The translations under genes and the position numbers were made by a program. From Patescibacteria group bacterium (lineage in GTDB: Bacteria; Patescibacteriota; Patescibacteriia; Patescibacteriales; UBA12075), in the NCBI GenBank assembly GCA_018897195.1, contig JAHILH010000001.1:92565-156564 (forward strand): a DNA stretch of 64,000 nt. The letters are read 5' to 3'. A model generated the notes under the pieces. That model was not told the DNA's origin. It worked only from the letters and a program-made list of their open reading frames with translations, and did no database searches. Position 1 is the first letter of the stretch. Every line of letters starts with the position of its first letter. Below are positions 39,954 through 50,145 of the stretch, piece by piece.

Positions 39954-40997
39954 GTGTTTAATAAATTCTTAGGAAAATTTAGTAAAGATTTGGGCATCGA
40001 TCTCGGTACCAAAAATACTCTTGTGTATACTTCGGACAAGGGTATTGTTATTAATGAACCATCTGTGGTCGCTATCAATACACGGACGGATGAGATTTTG
40101 GCTGTGGGTGATGAGGCGCGCAAGATGGTGGGTAAGACTCCGGGGCATATTCAGGCGGTGCGACCGTTGGTTGACGGTGTGATTTCTGATTTTGAGGTGA
40201 CGGAAAAGATGTTGAAATATTTTATCGACAAGGTGCATAATGAGAGCTTTACTTTGATTCCGCGTCCGCGCGTGGTGATTGGTGTGCCTTTGGATATTAC
40301 CGAGGTGGAGCGCAAGGCGGTGGAGGATGCGGCGAAATCGGCCGGAGCGCGACAAGTATTTTTGATTGAAGAGTCAATGGCGGCGGCGATTGGGGCGCGT
40401 TTGCCCGTGGCCGATCCGACGGCGACGATGATTGTGGATATTGGTGGCGGGACAACGGAAATTTCCGTGATTTCGCTAGGCGGTGTGGTAGCGTGGAAGT
40501 CATTGCGCTTGGCTGGTAATGAATTGGATAATAATATCATTCAGTATATTCGGGAAGAATTTAATATTTTGATTGGTGAGCAATTGGCGGAATCGATTAA
40601 GATTAAAATTGGTTCAGCGACAGTTTTGAAAGAAAAAATCGAGATGGAAGCGCGTGGTCGTGATTTATTGAATGGTTTACCAAAGGCGATTACGATCAAT
40701 GATAGTCAGGTGCGTGAGGCGATTAGTCGGACGGTTTTACAGATTGTGGAAAATATTAAAACAACTTTGGAAATTACGCCACCAGAATTGGTATCAGATA
40801 TTTATGAGCACGGAATTGTATTGACCGGCGGCGGCGCTCTTTTGCGCGGATTAGATAAGGAAATTGCACAAGCAACCAAGATCCCTGTACGCGTGGCTGA
40901 TGATCCTCTGACCTGTGTGGTCCGCGGCACTGGTATTCTGCTCTCTGATCCGGAGCTATTGGCGAAGGTCATTACTCCTGGTCCGGATAAAATGTAG
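39954..40997 (+). CDS. mreB: Rod shape-determining protein MreB
   Basis: GIDLGT, EPSVVA, DIGGGTT and TGGGALL motifs. Confidence 0.97.
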   Translation: MFNKFLGKFSKDLGIDLGTKNTLVYTSDKGIVINEPSVVAINTRTDEILAVGDEARKMVGKTPGHIQAVRPLVDGVISDFEVTEKMLKYFIDKVHNESFTLIPRPRVVIGVPLDITEVERKAVEDAAKSAGARQVFLIEESMAAAIGARLPVADPTATMIVDIGGGTTEISVISLGGVVAWKSLRLAGNELDNNIIQYIREEFNILIGEQLAESIKIKIGSATVLKEKIEMEARGRDLLNGLPKAITINDSQVREAISRTVLQIVENIKTTLEITPPELVSDIYEHGIVLTGGGALLRGLDKEIAQATKIPVRVADDPLTCVVRGTGILLSDPELLAKVITPGPDKM

Positions 40998-41004
40998 AAT
41001 TCCG

Positions 41005-41160
41005 CGTCATTCCCGCGAAGGCGGGAATCCAGGCGCCACTGCGAGTGTTTAAAATTATAGAAACCTATTGAATTATAATTTAATATTTAGATGAAATAAA
41101 TTTACTATATCTAGTATCATTATACGAGGTACCTGGATTCCCGCCTTCGCGGGAATGACG
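41005..41160 (+). mobile_element. CGTC/dRS3-like hairpin-doublet element, copy 4 (156 bp)
   Basis: Perfect terminal inverted hairpins; internal CCAC, ATTATAGA and TATACGAGGT motifs. Confidence 0.85.
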
Positions 41161-41235
41161 AAAGAATAGGGTATTTATTTATACAAGAATAACAAAAACA
41201 AAAAAATTTTGTCCGCCTTATTCTTGTATTTTTTT

Positions 41236-42045
41236 ATGAACAAAAACAACAAACAAAAATTCATCACCACCATGGCTGTGCTTTTGGTTTTTGTGGCTGG
41301 TCATTATATCGGCATCTTTCGGCCGATTGAAAATCTTTTTGTCAAAATCTTGAATCCGATTTTCGGCGGTTTTAATTCAGCTGGTTTGGGGATTAAGAAT
41401 ACTTACAATGATAGCGTGAACAAGGCGGATTTGTTGAAGAGCTTGGAGGAAATGAAAATTCAGGGCAACGCCTTGATTGAGGAGAATGCGAAATTGAAAA
41501 CCGTGCAGGAGGAGAATGAATTGTTGCGTGGGTATTTAAGCTTCTTCACCAAGACGAATTATAAGTATGTGATGAGTAATGTCGTTTCGCGTGGGAGTAT
41601 TTCGGATACCTTGAAAACAACTGAGACGATTACTATTGATCGTGGGAGTAAAAGTGGCGTAGTGGTTGGACAGGCAGTGGTTAATAACAAGGGTATTATT
41701 GTGGGCAAGGTGGCCGAGGCAAAGGATGATATTGCGAAAGTTTTTTTAGTGAATAGTAATCAATGTAAGTTGGCGGCGACAATGTTCAATAATGATAAGA
41801 CGGCGGGAATCGCAGAAGGTGAGTTGGGTTTGACGATTCGCATGAGTTTTATTCCGCAAACTCAAAAGTTAAATAAAAATGATTTAGTGGTGACTTCCGG
41901 ACTTGAGCCTTTGATTCCACGTGGTCTGGCAATCGGTAAAGTGACTCAAGTTGATGGTGGTAATAACGACTTGTGGCAGTCAGCCGTAATTGAACCTTTG
42001 GTTAATCCCGATGATTTAACTATTGTGTCGGTCTTATTAAAATAA
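41236..42045 (+). CDS. mreC: Rod shape-determining protein MreC
   Basis: TM plus coiled coil; IDRG...GV and VVTSGL...PRG motifs. Confidence 0.92.
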   Translation: MNKNNKQKFITTMAVLLVFVAGHYIGIFRPIENLFVKILNPIFGGFNSAGLGIKNTYNDSVNKADLLKSLEEMKIQGNALIEENAKLKTVQEENELLRGYLSFFTKTNYKYVMSNVVSRGSISDTLKTTETITIDRGSKSGVVVGQAVVNNKGIIVGKVAEAKDDIAKVFLVNSNQCKLAATMFNNDKTAGIAEGELGLTIRMSFIPQTQKLNKNDLVVTSGLEPLIPRGLAIGKVTQVDGGNNDLWQSAVIEPLVNPDDLTIVSVLLK

Positions 42046-42049
42046 ATTT

Positions 42050-42580
42050 ATGTTTGGCAAAATCTTCTTAAATATATTTATGCTTTTAGCGATTGTCGCA
42101 TTGCAAAAGGGCTTGGTCACTTCGTTGCCGTATTTTATTAGTGGCACGAATTTGATATTAATTTCAATTATATTTATTTTGGGCGTATATGGTTTTTGGA
42201 CAGCGCTTTACTGGACGATTGGCACGGGCGTTCTTTTGGATATTTATTCTTTTGTATTTTTTGGTAATTATTTAGTCAGTTTTTTATTAATACTGTTTAT
42301 GGCGCATTTTTTGTTTGGTTTTTTGTTTACTAATAAATCGCTTTATTCATTCCTGACCATCGTCTTGCTCGGCTATGTATTCTTCGAAATATTTTTTACT
42401 TTTTTCTATTACCTTGAAGTCTTTTTTGAGAAAGGTAATTTTGATATTATTTTTGATGGAAATTTTTTCACAATTAAAGCCTTTGGCCTGTTGTCAAGTT
42501 TGGTTGCCTCAGTCATCGTTTTTAATTCATTAAATTTCTTAACTAATAAACTAAAACCAGTTTTCTTATTTAGAAGTTAG
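42050..42580 (+). CDS. mreD: MreD-like membrane protein
   Basis: Polytopic; G.LLD motif; located between mreC and the PBP2 gene. Confidence 0.7.
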   Translation: MFGKIFLNIFMLLAIVALQKGLVTSLPYFISGTNLILISIIFILGVYGFWTALYWTIGTGVLLDIYSFVFFGNYLVSFLLILFMAHFLFGFLFTNKSLYSFLTIVLLGYVFFEIFFTFFYYLEVFFEKGNFDIIFDGNFFTIKAFGLLSSLVASVIVFNSLNFLTNKLKPVFLFRS

Positions 42581-42581
42581 T

Positions 42582-44612
42582 ATGGGATTGAAAAGCTACC
42601 TAAAACCTAATAATAAGTACGAGAAAATTTCCAATCCTTTTTCCATTCAACAGAACGGTTTTAAAACGGATAAGCATAATTCTCTCTATCGGACGGAATG
42701 GTCTGAGGATGTTTTTATATCTGATAATAATGGCAGAGAAATCTTGGGCAAGAGCTTTGATTTTAAGAAACTGCCGATTATCTTGTTTTTTCTTTTTCTT
42801 TCCTTAACACTGCTGATTGGCAAGGTGGCCTGGTTGCAAGTGGTGAAGGGGGATTATTATTACAAAATCGCCGAGGGTAATCGTATTCGCGTACATCGCA
42901 TTGAACCGAAGCGCGGGATTGTGTATGACCGAAACAAAACACCGCTAGTGCGTAACGCGGCGAACTTTAAGTTATATTTTATTCCAATCGATTTGCCACC
43001 AAAGCGGGAAAAAGCCAAAGCGGGGGAATTGTGCCTTGAAGATATAGTTGGTGGTATTAGTGAGATATTAAAAGAGGTGGGTGAAAAAGATTTGTATGAA
43101 AAATTAGACACGGTGAAGATGGGGTCGTTGGAGTCGTATAGTCCGATATTCGTCTTGGATAATATTGACTATGAAAAGGCGATGAGTTTGTATTTGAAAT
43201 CGTCCCAATGGCCAGGGGTGATTCTGTCCAATAGCTCTCGTCGTGAATATCCAAATGCGACCAAAGTAGTAGTTGATGATAAAGAGATGATGGTTGGTTT
43301 GTCATTATCGCATATCTTGGGATACACGGGCAAGATTAATGATACTGAATTAAAAAAATATGGTGAAGAGTATCAGCCGATTGATTATATTGGCAAAATG
43401 GGTCTAGAATATTTTTGGGAAAATGAATTAAAAGGCGTGAATGGCAAGAAGCAGATTGAGGTTGATGCCTTGGGCAAGGAAAAGAAAATCATCGGACAGG
43501 TGGATGCAGCTGATGGTCATGGTTTGGTCTTGTCTTTGGATTTACCAATGCAAACAAAATTGGAAGAATTATTTTTGAAATATATGGGCGAGCGGAAATT
43601 GACCAAGGGTTCAGCAGTGGTGATGAATCCGAACAATGGTGAGGTTTTGGCCATGGTTAGTCTACCAGCTTTTGATAATAATCTGTTTGCGCATGGTATC
43701 AGCCAAGCTGATTATTCCGGCTATTTAACCGCTGAAGATCGCCCGCTTTTTAATCGCGCGATTGGTGGTGAGTTTCCGCCAGGGTCAACTTTTAAAATGG
43801 TGCTAGCTGCCGGCGCGCTCCAAGAGCGGATAATTTCCGAAGGTACAAAATTTTTGAGTAATGGCGGATTACGAATTAGTCAGTGGTTTTTTCCCGATTG
43901 GAAAGGTGGCGGACACGGCATTACTGATGTCAAGAAAGCGATTGCGGAATCAGTTAATACCTTCTTTTATTATATCGGTGGTGGCTACAATGACTTTGTT
44001 GGTCTCGGTGTTGATAAGATTGGAGAGTATGCCGATAAATTTGGTTTTGGCAAACAGACTGGAATAGATTTAAACGGTGAAGCTAGCGGATTTATACCAA
44101 CCAAGGAGTGGAAGGCGGAGGTAAAAAATGAGTCTTGGTATATTGGTGATACTTATCATCTTTCAATTGGACAAGGTGACATGCTAGTCACGCCTTTGCA
44201 AGTCGCCGCCTATACCAGTGTTTTTGCGAATGGCGGTAGCCTCTATCGTCCACATTTGGTGAATCAAATTATTAGTCATGAGAATGATGTGGTTAACGAA
44301 ATTCAACCAGAGGTAGTACGCAAAGATTTTATTGATTCTGTTAATATTAATGTAATCCGAGAAGGTATGCGTCAAACTGTCACAAATGGTAGTGCGCGCC
44401 GTCTCGGCACGCTCAAAAAAACCTCAGCGGCCAAGACCGGAACCGCCCAGTGGTCCACTAAAAAAGATCCACACGCTTGGGTAACCGGCTTTGCACCCTA
44501 TGAGAATCCAGAAATCGCGTTTGTGTTATTAGTGGAAGAAGGTAAGGAAGGCTCTGTGATTACAATGTCGATTGCACATGATTTTTTGGAGTGGTATTTT
44601 GAGAAGTATTAA
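42582..44612 (+). CDS. mrdA: Penicillin-binding protein 2
   Basis: RG.VYDRN, PPGSTFK, SVN and KTGTAQ motifs; follows mreBCD. Confidence 0.93.
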   Translation: MGLKSYLKPNNKYEKISNPFSIQQNGFKTDKHNSLYRTEWSEDVFISDNNGREILGKSFDFKKLPIILFFLFLSLTLLIGKVAWLQVVKGDYYYKIAEGNRIRVHRIEPKRGIVYDRNKTPLVRNAANFKLYFIPIDLPPKREKAKAGELCLEDIVGGISEILKEVGEKDLYEKLDTVKMGSLESYSPIFVLDNIDYEKAMSLYLKSSQWPGVILSNSSRREYPNATKVVVDDKEMMVGLSLSHILGYTGKINDTELKKYGEEYQPIDYIGKMGLEYFWENELKGVNGKKQIEVDALGKEKKIIGQVDAADGHGLVLSLDLPMQTKLEELFLKYMGERKLTKGSAVVMNPNNGEVLAMVSLPAFDNNLFAHGISQADYSGYLTAEDRPLFNRAIGGEFPPGSTFKMVLAAGALQERIISEGTKFLSNGGLRISQWFFPDWKGGGHGITDVKKAIAESVNTFFYYIGGGYNDFVGLGVDKIGEYADKFGFGKQTGIDLNGEASGFIPTKEWKAEVKNESWYIGDTYHLSIGQGDMLVTPLQVAAYTSVFANGGSLYRPHLVNQIISHENDVVNEIQPEVVRKDFIDSVNINVIREGMRQTVTNGSARRLGTLKKTSAAKTGTAQWSTKKDPHAWVTGFAPYENPEIAFVLLVEEGKEGSVITMSIAHDFLEWYFEKY

Positions 44613-44624
44613 TATTTAAAACAA

Positions 44625-45305
44625 ATGAATCAATTTGAACAATATCTAGAAAATCTGGGCAAACATGAAGATGAAAAGAGTAAATCCCTTTTAGATTCGA
44701 GGGGTTTGATTTTGGTTAATGCGGGTATTCATTTAAATAGAATTGGTGACTATATAGCTAATCCAAAAATTAAGTATAAAAAAATAAGAATACCAATGGA
44801 GAAGATTTTGTTTACTGGCACAGAGCCAGATTGGAATAAAATTTTGATTGAAAAATGTCATAGACGGGTCGATGAATTTAAAACATTAGTGGCCAAGGAC
44901 GATAGAATACGGAAGAAGATGGAATCAGAGGCTTCTTTTGGGAATGAGACAATTCTATTACGAGAATCTAACGAGGCGGGCTATTATTTAGTTTTTGATG
45001 GCATGCATAGATTTGTTGGTGCAGTTCTTAAAAATAAAAAAAATATTTTGGCATACGTGCCGATTAACGAAAAAAAGCATCTTCCAATCTGTGAGGCGCA
45101 TGTTGTCTACGATTTAATTCGCAGCTTTCAGCGTGTTAAAAAAGATAAGATTAGTAAACAGGAATTGTATTGCGCATTAAGGTTGTTAGCCAGAACGTAT
45201 GAGAATGTAATTGGATTATTAGAAAAAAGATTTGATTTTAAAAACCTTCCAGATGAGGATGTTCAGGAAATAATCAAGAAGGTCGTTGAAAGTGTTAAAA
45301 AATAA
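44625..45305 (+). CDS. Hypothetical protein with ParB/sulfiredoxin-like motif
   Basis: YLVFDGMHRF resembles the (D)G.HR motif of ParB/Srx domains. Confidence 0.55.
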   Translation: MNQFEQYLENLGKHEDEKSKSLLDSRGLILVNAGIHLNRIGDYIANPKIKYKKIRIPMEKILFTGTEPDWNKILIEKCHRRVDEFKTLVAKDDRIRKKMESEASFGNETILLRESNEAGYYLVFDGMHRFVGAVLKNKKNILAYVPINEKKHLPICEAHVVYDLIRSFQRVKKDKISKQELYCALRLLARTYENVIGLLEKRFDFKNLPDEDVQEIIKKVVESVKK

Positions 45306-45316
45306 TATAAAAAAAT

Positions 45317-45721
45317 ATGAAGCAAGTCCATCCAGCTGTTAAGGCGATAATACAACGAGGTGATAAATTTCTTGTGATTAAGCAAGAATTTAACGATAAG
45401 GCCGTCTGGGATTTGCCAGGTGGTAGGGTTGAATTTGGCGAATCTCCGTATGACACGTTGGTGCGCGAGATTGACGAAGAGGTTCATCTTTCTATTAATA
45501 TCATTAAACCACTTGGATTTTTCTGGTTTTTTAGACATGATGGCGATCAAGTTGTTTGCACGACGTTTTTGTGTACTGCTGATGACTATGAGATTGATTT
45601 GACGAAAAACCCTGCTGATGAAAATATTACTGAATATAAGTGGGTGACAAAAGATGAATTTCTTGGCGATGAGTATGTGGTTATGCATGAGAGCATGAAG
45701 AAGCTTGTAACTTTGCTATAG
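45317..45721 (+). CDS. NUDIX hydrolase
   Basis: Nudix box GGRVEFGESPYDTLVREIDEEV. Confidence 0.93.
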   Translation: MKQVHPAVKAIIQRGDKFLVIKQEFNDKAVWDLPGGRVEFGESPYDTLVREIDEEVHLSINIIKPLGFFWFFRHDGDQVVCTTFLCTADDYEIDLTKNPADENITEYKWVTKDEFLGDEYVVMHESMKKLVTLL

Positions 45722-45852
45722 CGGAGAGACTCTGACGGAATCAAAGGCAAACTATTGACAAAATAAGCATATTGATGTATGATAATATGATTAAATTTAA
45801 TAAATAAATTTATTTAGTTCTTTCGGATTTTAAAATATGAGGAGGTGTGTTA

Positions 45853-46149
45853 ATGCAAAATTTGCTTGATTCCGTGGAGGGGAACTTAGTTCCGTATTCG
45901 GGAGTATTGGGAAAATTGATGTTAATCTTTGGTTTGGGTTTAAGTAGTATCGGTTTTCCATATCAGGTTTATAGAAATTACATAGACCACGTCTGCGGTA
46001 TTAGTATTATTGTTATTGTCTTGGCTATAATGCTCCTTCTAATAAGGATTCCTTATAGCCTGAGCAAGAGAGCATGGCACATGATACCATCTGACTTAGT
46101 TGGTTTAATTGCAACAATTGCTCTGATGTGGCAATGGTTTGTTTATTAA
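45853..46149 (+). CDS. Three-TM protein, PQ-loop/SemiSWEET-like
   Basis: GFPYQVYRNY...GIS resembles a PQ-loop; 3 TM helices; strong SD. Confidence 0.55.
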   Translation: MQNLLDSVEGNLVPYSGVLGKLMLIFGLGLSSIGFPYQVYRNYIDHVCGISIIVIVLAIMLLLIRIPYSLSKRAWHMIPSDLVGLIATIALMWQWFVY

Positions 46150-46389
46150 TAATTAGTGAATAAAAGCTAAACAGCTTTCAATGGGAGAACATTTACGTTC
46201 TCCTTTTTTATTGTTTAATTTTGGTGAAAGATGTTGTTAACGTGTGTGCATTGGTTTTTAAAAATAGATATTTGCCGGAAGAATATTTGTTTAAAAATGT
46301 TGTTAAAAAGTGGTTGGATCGAAAGCTTAAGGATTTGAAGAAATAAAAAATAAGGCAATCGATTTTGATTGCCTTATTGTGAGATGACG

Positions 46390-46704
46390 CTACAGTCTTT
46401 TCGCAAAATATGCAGTTGCCAATTTCATGGCGAGAATATCTTGGTTGACTTCTCCCGTGTCTTGATCGGTCGCATCTTGAAGGGCGGCCGCTTCCCGACA
46501 GGCGAGAGGAGTGGAGTTTGCAAGGTATACCGCTCGTTCTGGCGTTATTCCTTCTTCAACCACTCTTTGATGACTTTTAATGTCGTCGGTGTACCATTGG
46601 TCGAAATATTTCTTGGAGGGAAAACTCGTCCATGTGATGACACCTTCGTATCCTCCTGCTTCTTTGGTGAATGCAAAAGCTACATTATAATTATTTTTCT
46701 TCAT
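46390..46704 (-). CDS. Hypothetical protein (SD-led)
   Basis: GAGGAG SD; terminator at about 46349-46378. Confidence 0.65.
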   Translation of the reverse strand: MKKNNYNVAFAFTKEAGGYEGVITWTSFPSKKYFDQWYTDDIKSHQRVVEEGITPERAVYLANSTPLACREAAALQDATDQDTGEVNQDILAMKLATAYFAKRL

Positions 46705-46761
46705 ACCGTGCTCCTCCTCTTTATTCGCGATTGTTGATGTGTGCTTTATTATTTATTCTCA

Positions 46762-47019
46762 TCATGACCTAAGAATTGAACCGCCAGAACCATCGGTTAA
46801 AAGAGGGTCTCCCGTGCTTGTTAGCTCGTTGATCAGTTGACCCATTGATTTTACTGTTCCAAGTTTTCCCGTACTGCTCAGGGTCATCACGCAGGCCAGT
46901 GTTGCTGAGGGCTTTGTGGATAATACATACATGTCAGCTTGCAGTAATCGACAAAATAGAAGGCCAAGAATACGAAGGTCTTCAGCATTTTCTTCTACGA
47001 ATTTTGCAGTATTATTCAT
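46762..47019 (-). CDS. Hypothetical protein (SD-led)
   Basis: GGAGG SD; upstream minus-strand promoter. Confidence 0.55.
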   Translation of the reverse strand: MNNTAKFVEENAEDLRILGLLFCRLLQADMYVLSTKPSATLACVMTLSSTGKLGTVKSMGQLINELTSTGDPLLTDGSGGSILRS

Positions 47020-47201
47020 GGTTATAGCCTCCCTTGGTATTATTGTGTAGTAAATTTTGTGATATCTAATATTTTAATGAACTGTGTTTGTTGAAATAAT
47101 ATATATCAACAATTAGGCTAACTTAGCATTATTTTTAGTAAAAGTCAATATTTGCTTAATTTTTCCGCAATAACGAAAATTAGATAATATTTCTCAATAA
47201 A

Positions 47202-47228
47202 TTAGCACTCTTGACACACGAGTGCTAA
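47202..47228. promoter_or_regulatory. CIRCE operator overlapping the -35 of the hrcA promoter
   Basis: Perfect TTAGCACTC-N9-GAGTGCTAA; TTGACA within the spacer; TATAAT at 47235. Confidence 0.97.
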
Positions 47229-47246
47229 TTTTGATATAATGGTTTT

Positions 47247-47960
47247 ATGGATCAGAGAAAAGAGAAAATTTTGCTAACTATCATCAAGGAACACATCAAA
47301 ACTGGGGTGCCGGTTGGTTCGACTGGGCTTGTGGAAAAGTACGACCTGGGGGTGTCTTCGGCGACGATTCGGAATGAGATGGCTGACCTTGAAGAGGATG
47401 GTTATATCATGCAACCACATACTTCAGCAGGGCGAATTCCCACTGAGAAGGCTTATGATTTCTTTTTGGAGGATTTGAAGCCGAAGAAGGTGAGTGATAA
47501 TATCGTATCTTTATTGAAGGAGTTGTTGCGCGAAAAGGAAGAGGCGGATTTTAAGAAAGTGGCAAAGGCTTTGTCGGAGATGACGAACTCGGCTGTGTTC
47601 TGGGCTTTTCATAAACACAATCTGTATTACACGGGAATTTCTAATCTTTTTAAACAACCGGAATTTTTGTCGATTAACTCCAAGATGCCGACGGATCGTA
47701 ATTATGAATTAATTTACGATATTTCTTCAGTAATTGACCGAATGGAAGATATTATTGATGATATTTTTGAAAAGATAAATGAGGGGGAAAATATTTGGTT
47801 GGGCTCGAAAAATCCGTTTGGTAATTTTTGCGGTTCAATTGTTATTAAATATAAGCTAAAAGATAGGGTGGGCGTATTTGGACTTCTCGGGCCGATGCGA
47901 ATGGATTATGAAAAAAACATTGCCATTATGCGACACATCGAAAAACTAATTAATAGTTAA
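47247..47960 (+). CDS. hrcA: Heat-inducible repressor HrcA (short form)
   Basis: PVGS, SSATIRNEM, PHTSAGRIPT and GP.RMDY motifs. Confidence 0.95.
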   Translation: MDQRKEKILLTIIKEHIKTGVPVGSTGLVEKYDLGVSSATIRNEMADLEEDGYIMQPHTSAGRIPTEKAYDFFLEDLKPKKVSDNIVSLLKELLREKEEADFKKVAKALSEMTNSAVFWAFHKHNLYYTGISNLFKQPEFLSINSKMPTDRNYELIYDISSVIDRMEDIIDDIFEKINEGENIWLGSKNPFGNFCGSIVIKYKLKDRVGVFGLLGPMRMDYEKNIAIMRHIEKLINS

Positions 47961-48005
47961 TTAGTCATTAATTAAATCTTAATTAAAATATTATAATATA
48001 TAAGT

Positions 48006-48533
48006 ATGAAGAAAGAAGAAAAAAAAGACCATAACAAAGAGGAAGAAATTGAAAATGAAGAGGTGAAAGGTGCTACTGATGCGCAAGAAGAAGCCACTCC
48101 AACCGAAGAGGTAAAGAGTAGATGTGAAAATTGCGATGAGTCGGACAATAAATATAAAAGAGCTTTAGCGGATTATCAGAATTTATTAAAAAGAACCGCA
48201 AAAGAAAAAGAAGATTTTTTCAAATATTCTAACGAACAGTTGATTGTTGAAATGATTCCAGTCTATGACAACCTAAAAACATCTCTTGAACACACTGATG
48301 AACAGATTGAAAAGAGCGCCTGGTTAGAGGGTGTGAAATATGTTTTAAAGCAATTCAAAGGTATTTTAGAAGGTGTGGGTGTAGAGGAAATAAAAACTGT
48401 TGGTGAAAAATTTGATCATAATACCATGGATGCGATTGACGGTACTGGGGACAAGGTGATCAAAGAAGGGAAGCCGGGATATAAGTTAAATGGAAAAGTG
48501 ATAATTCCAGCACGGGTGATATTGGGAGAATAA
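48006..48533 (+). CDS. grpE: Nucleotide exchange factor GrpE
   Basis: RALADYQN, PVYDNL and GY.LNGKVI.PA.V motifs. Confidence 0.95.
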   Translation: MKKEEKKDHNKEEEIENEEVKGATDAQEEATPTEEVKSRCENCDESDNKYKRALADYQNLLKRTAKEKEDFFKYSNEQLIVEMIPVYDNLKTSLEHTDEQIEKSAWLEGVKYVLKQFKGILEGVGVEEIKTVGEKFDHNTMDAIDGTGDKVIKEGKPGYKLNGKVIIPARVILGE

Positions 48534-48619
48534 TATATAATAAATATTTAATTAATAATCTGATGATGTTTATTAAACAAATGCTGATTTGTTTGTGAGA
48601 CGTCAAAGGACAAAATCGT

Positions 48620-49048
48620 ATGGCTTTGATCAAATGGACCCCATTTCTTGAACCATTCGAAGAAATGGATAAGATGTTGTCGGATTTTGCTCCGACTATT
48701 CATCGACAAGGTGGCTATGTGCCGGCAGTTGATATGTATGAAGACAAGGACAACGTAATTGTGGAGACGCAGTTAGCGGGTATCGATCCTGACGGGGTAA
48801 GCATCTCGATTGAAAATGATGTTTTGACGATTAAGGGTGAAAGTGAGAAGAAGAGTGAAGTGGAAGAGAAGAACTATTACAAAAAAGAAATCAGACGCGG
48901 TAGTTTTTATCGCAGCATTCAATTGCCAACTCATGTAAGCGGTGATGCGGCGAAGGCGATTGCCGAGGATGGAGTTTTGAAAATCACAATTCCAAAATCT
49001 GAAGGTGCAAAACCTAGAACTATCAAGATTGAAACCAAGAAAAAATAA
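48620..49048 (+). CDS. Small heat shock protein (Hsp20)
   Basis: PAVDMYE, GSFYRSI.LP and DGVLKI.IPK motifs. Confidence 0.95.
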   Translation: MALIKWTPFLEPFEEMDKMLSDFAPTIHRQGGYVPAVDMYEDKDNVIVETQLAGIDPDGVSISIENDVLTIKGESEKKSEVEEKNYYKKEIRRGSFYRSIQLPTHVSGDAAKAIAEDGVLKITIPKSEGAKPRTIKIETKKK

Positions 49049-49173
49049 TTGTTTTTTCATTATGTTGCTTCATTTAATTAATGAAGCAATGAGATGATAA
49101 AGTAATATTTACAATTTATTTAATCAGGTAAGGTATGAGATTATGTATTTCATGCTTTTGCCTAAATGTTATT

Positions 49174-50067
49174 ATGAGTCAAACAAATGAAGACCTTAAA
49201 GTTAGTGTTACCAACGAGGGTGGTGAGAAGCGCGGACGTAAACCTAAAAAAAGGATTGAGGCAGAGAGAATGGATCAAATTGAAAGACCGAAGGCGAGAG
49301 TGCCAAAAGAAGGTATGAAAATGACAGTGATTTCCGTTGTGATTACGGCGATTGTTGTGGGCGGCGGCCTGTATGCTTGGCAAAGAGAAAAAATTAATAG
49401 CACTGTGAATAGCATTACAGAAGAAGCAAGAAATACTAGAGTTGATTTAGAAAAGAAATTAACCAATATTAAAGACAAGGCACAGGGGCTACAGACAGAG
49501 GTGGAGGAATTGAAAAGTAAAAATGAAAAATTGTCAGAAGCTGAGGCTTTATTGGCTAATGCCAAGATTGAATTTAACAATACTGAGCTAGGAATCAAAT
49601 TCGAATATCCAGCTAGTCTGGGCGAAGCTAAGATAACGATTGAGAATGGTGAGGGTGGCAAAACCATCAAGGGCACATTTAGTAAAAATGATAAATTGGT
49701 ATTTGGTGGTGTGAGTAAGAATTATCAAAAACAAGGATCTTCAACTGTTACTGAGCTCTTAGATTTTCAGGGCTATAAAGATGTGAAGAAAACGGTTTAC
49801 TTCTTGGCACCTAGCTCCAATGTTGATGGTTATGAAATGACTACAGCGGGAGAAGTGGTGACCGGCAAGGGCAAGGCCTTCTTATTGAATGATAAGAGTT
49901 TTGCAATGAAAGCATCAAGTACAGAAGCTGTGGTAAATATTGGTCAGAATTTGGCGGCTGTGGTGAACATTACCAATCCTGATTTTGGTGGCATTATTTT
50001 CGTAAATTCTGATTTTGGAATGATGAGCGTTGATAACTTTAAGAAGTTGATTGGTTCAATAAAATAA
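49174..50067 (+). CDS. Membrane-anchored coiled-coil protein, hypothetical
   Basis: Basic N-terminus, one TM helix, coiled coil, then a beta domain (GIKFEYP). Confidence 0.7.
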   Translation: MSQTNEDLKVSVTNEGGEKRGRKPKKRIEAERMDQIERPKARVPKEGMKMTVISVVITAIVVGGGLYAWQREKINSTVNSITEEARNTRVDLEKKLTNIKDKAQGLQTEVEELKSKNEKLSEAEALLANAKIEFNNTELGIKFEYPASLGEAKITIENGEGGKTIKGTFSKNDKLVFGGVSKNYQKQGSSTVTELLDFQGYKDVKKTVYFLAPSSNVDGYEMTTAGEVVTGKGKAFLLNDKSFAMKASSTEAVVNIGQNLAAVVNITNPDFGGIIFVNSDFGMMSVDNFKKLIGSIK

Positions 50068-50145
50068 GATTGAAAAATTATTAATTTAATTACATAATAG
50101 TGCCTTGTTTAGGACATTGTGCTTTATGCGATATATAAAATATTT

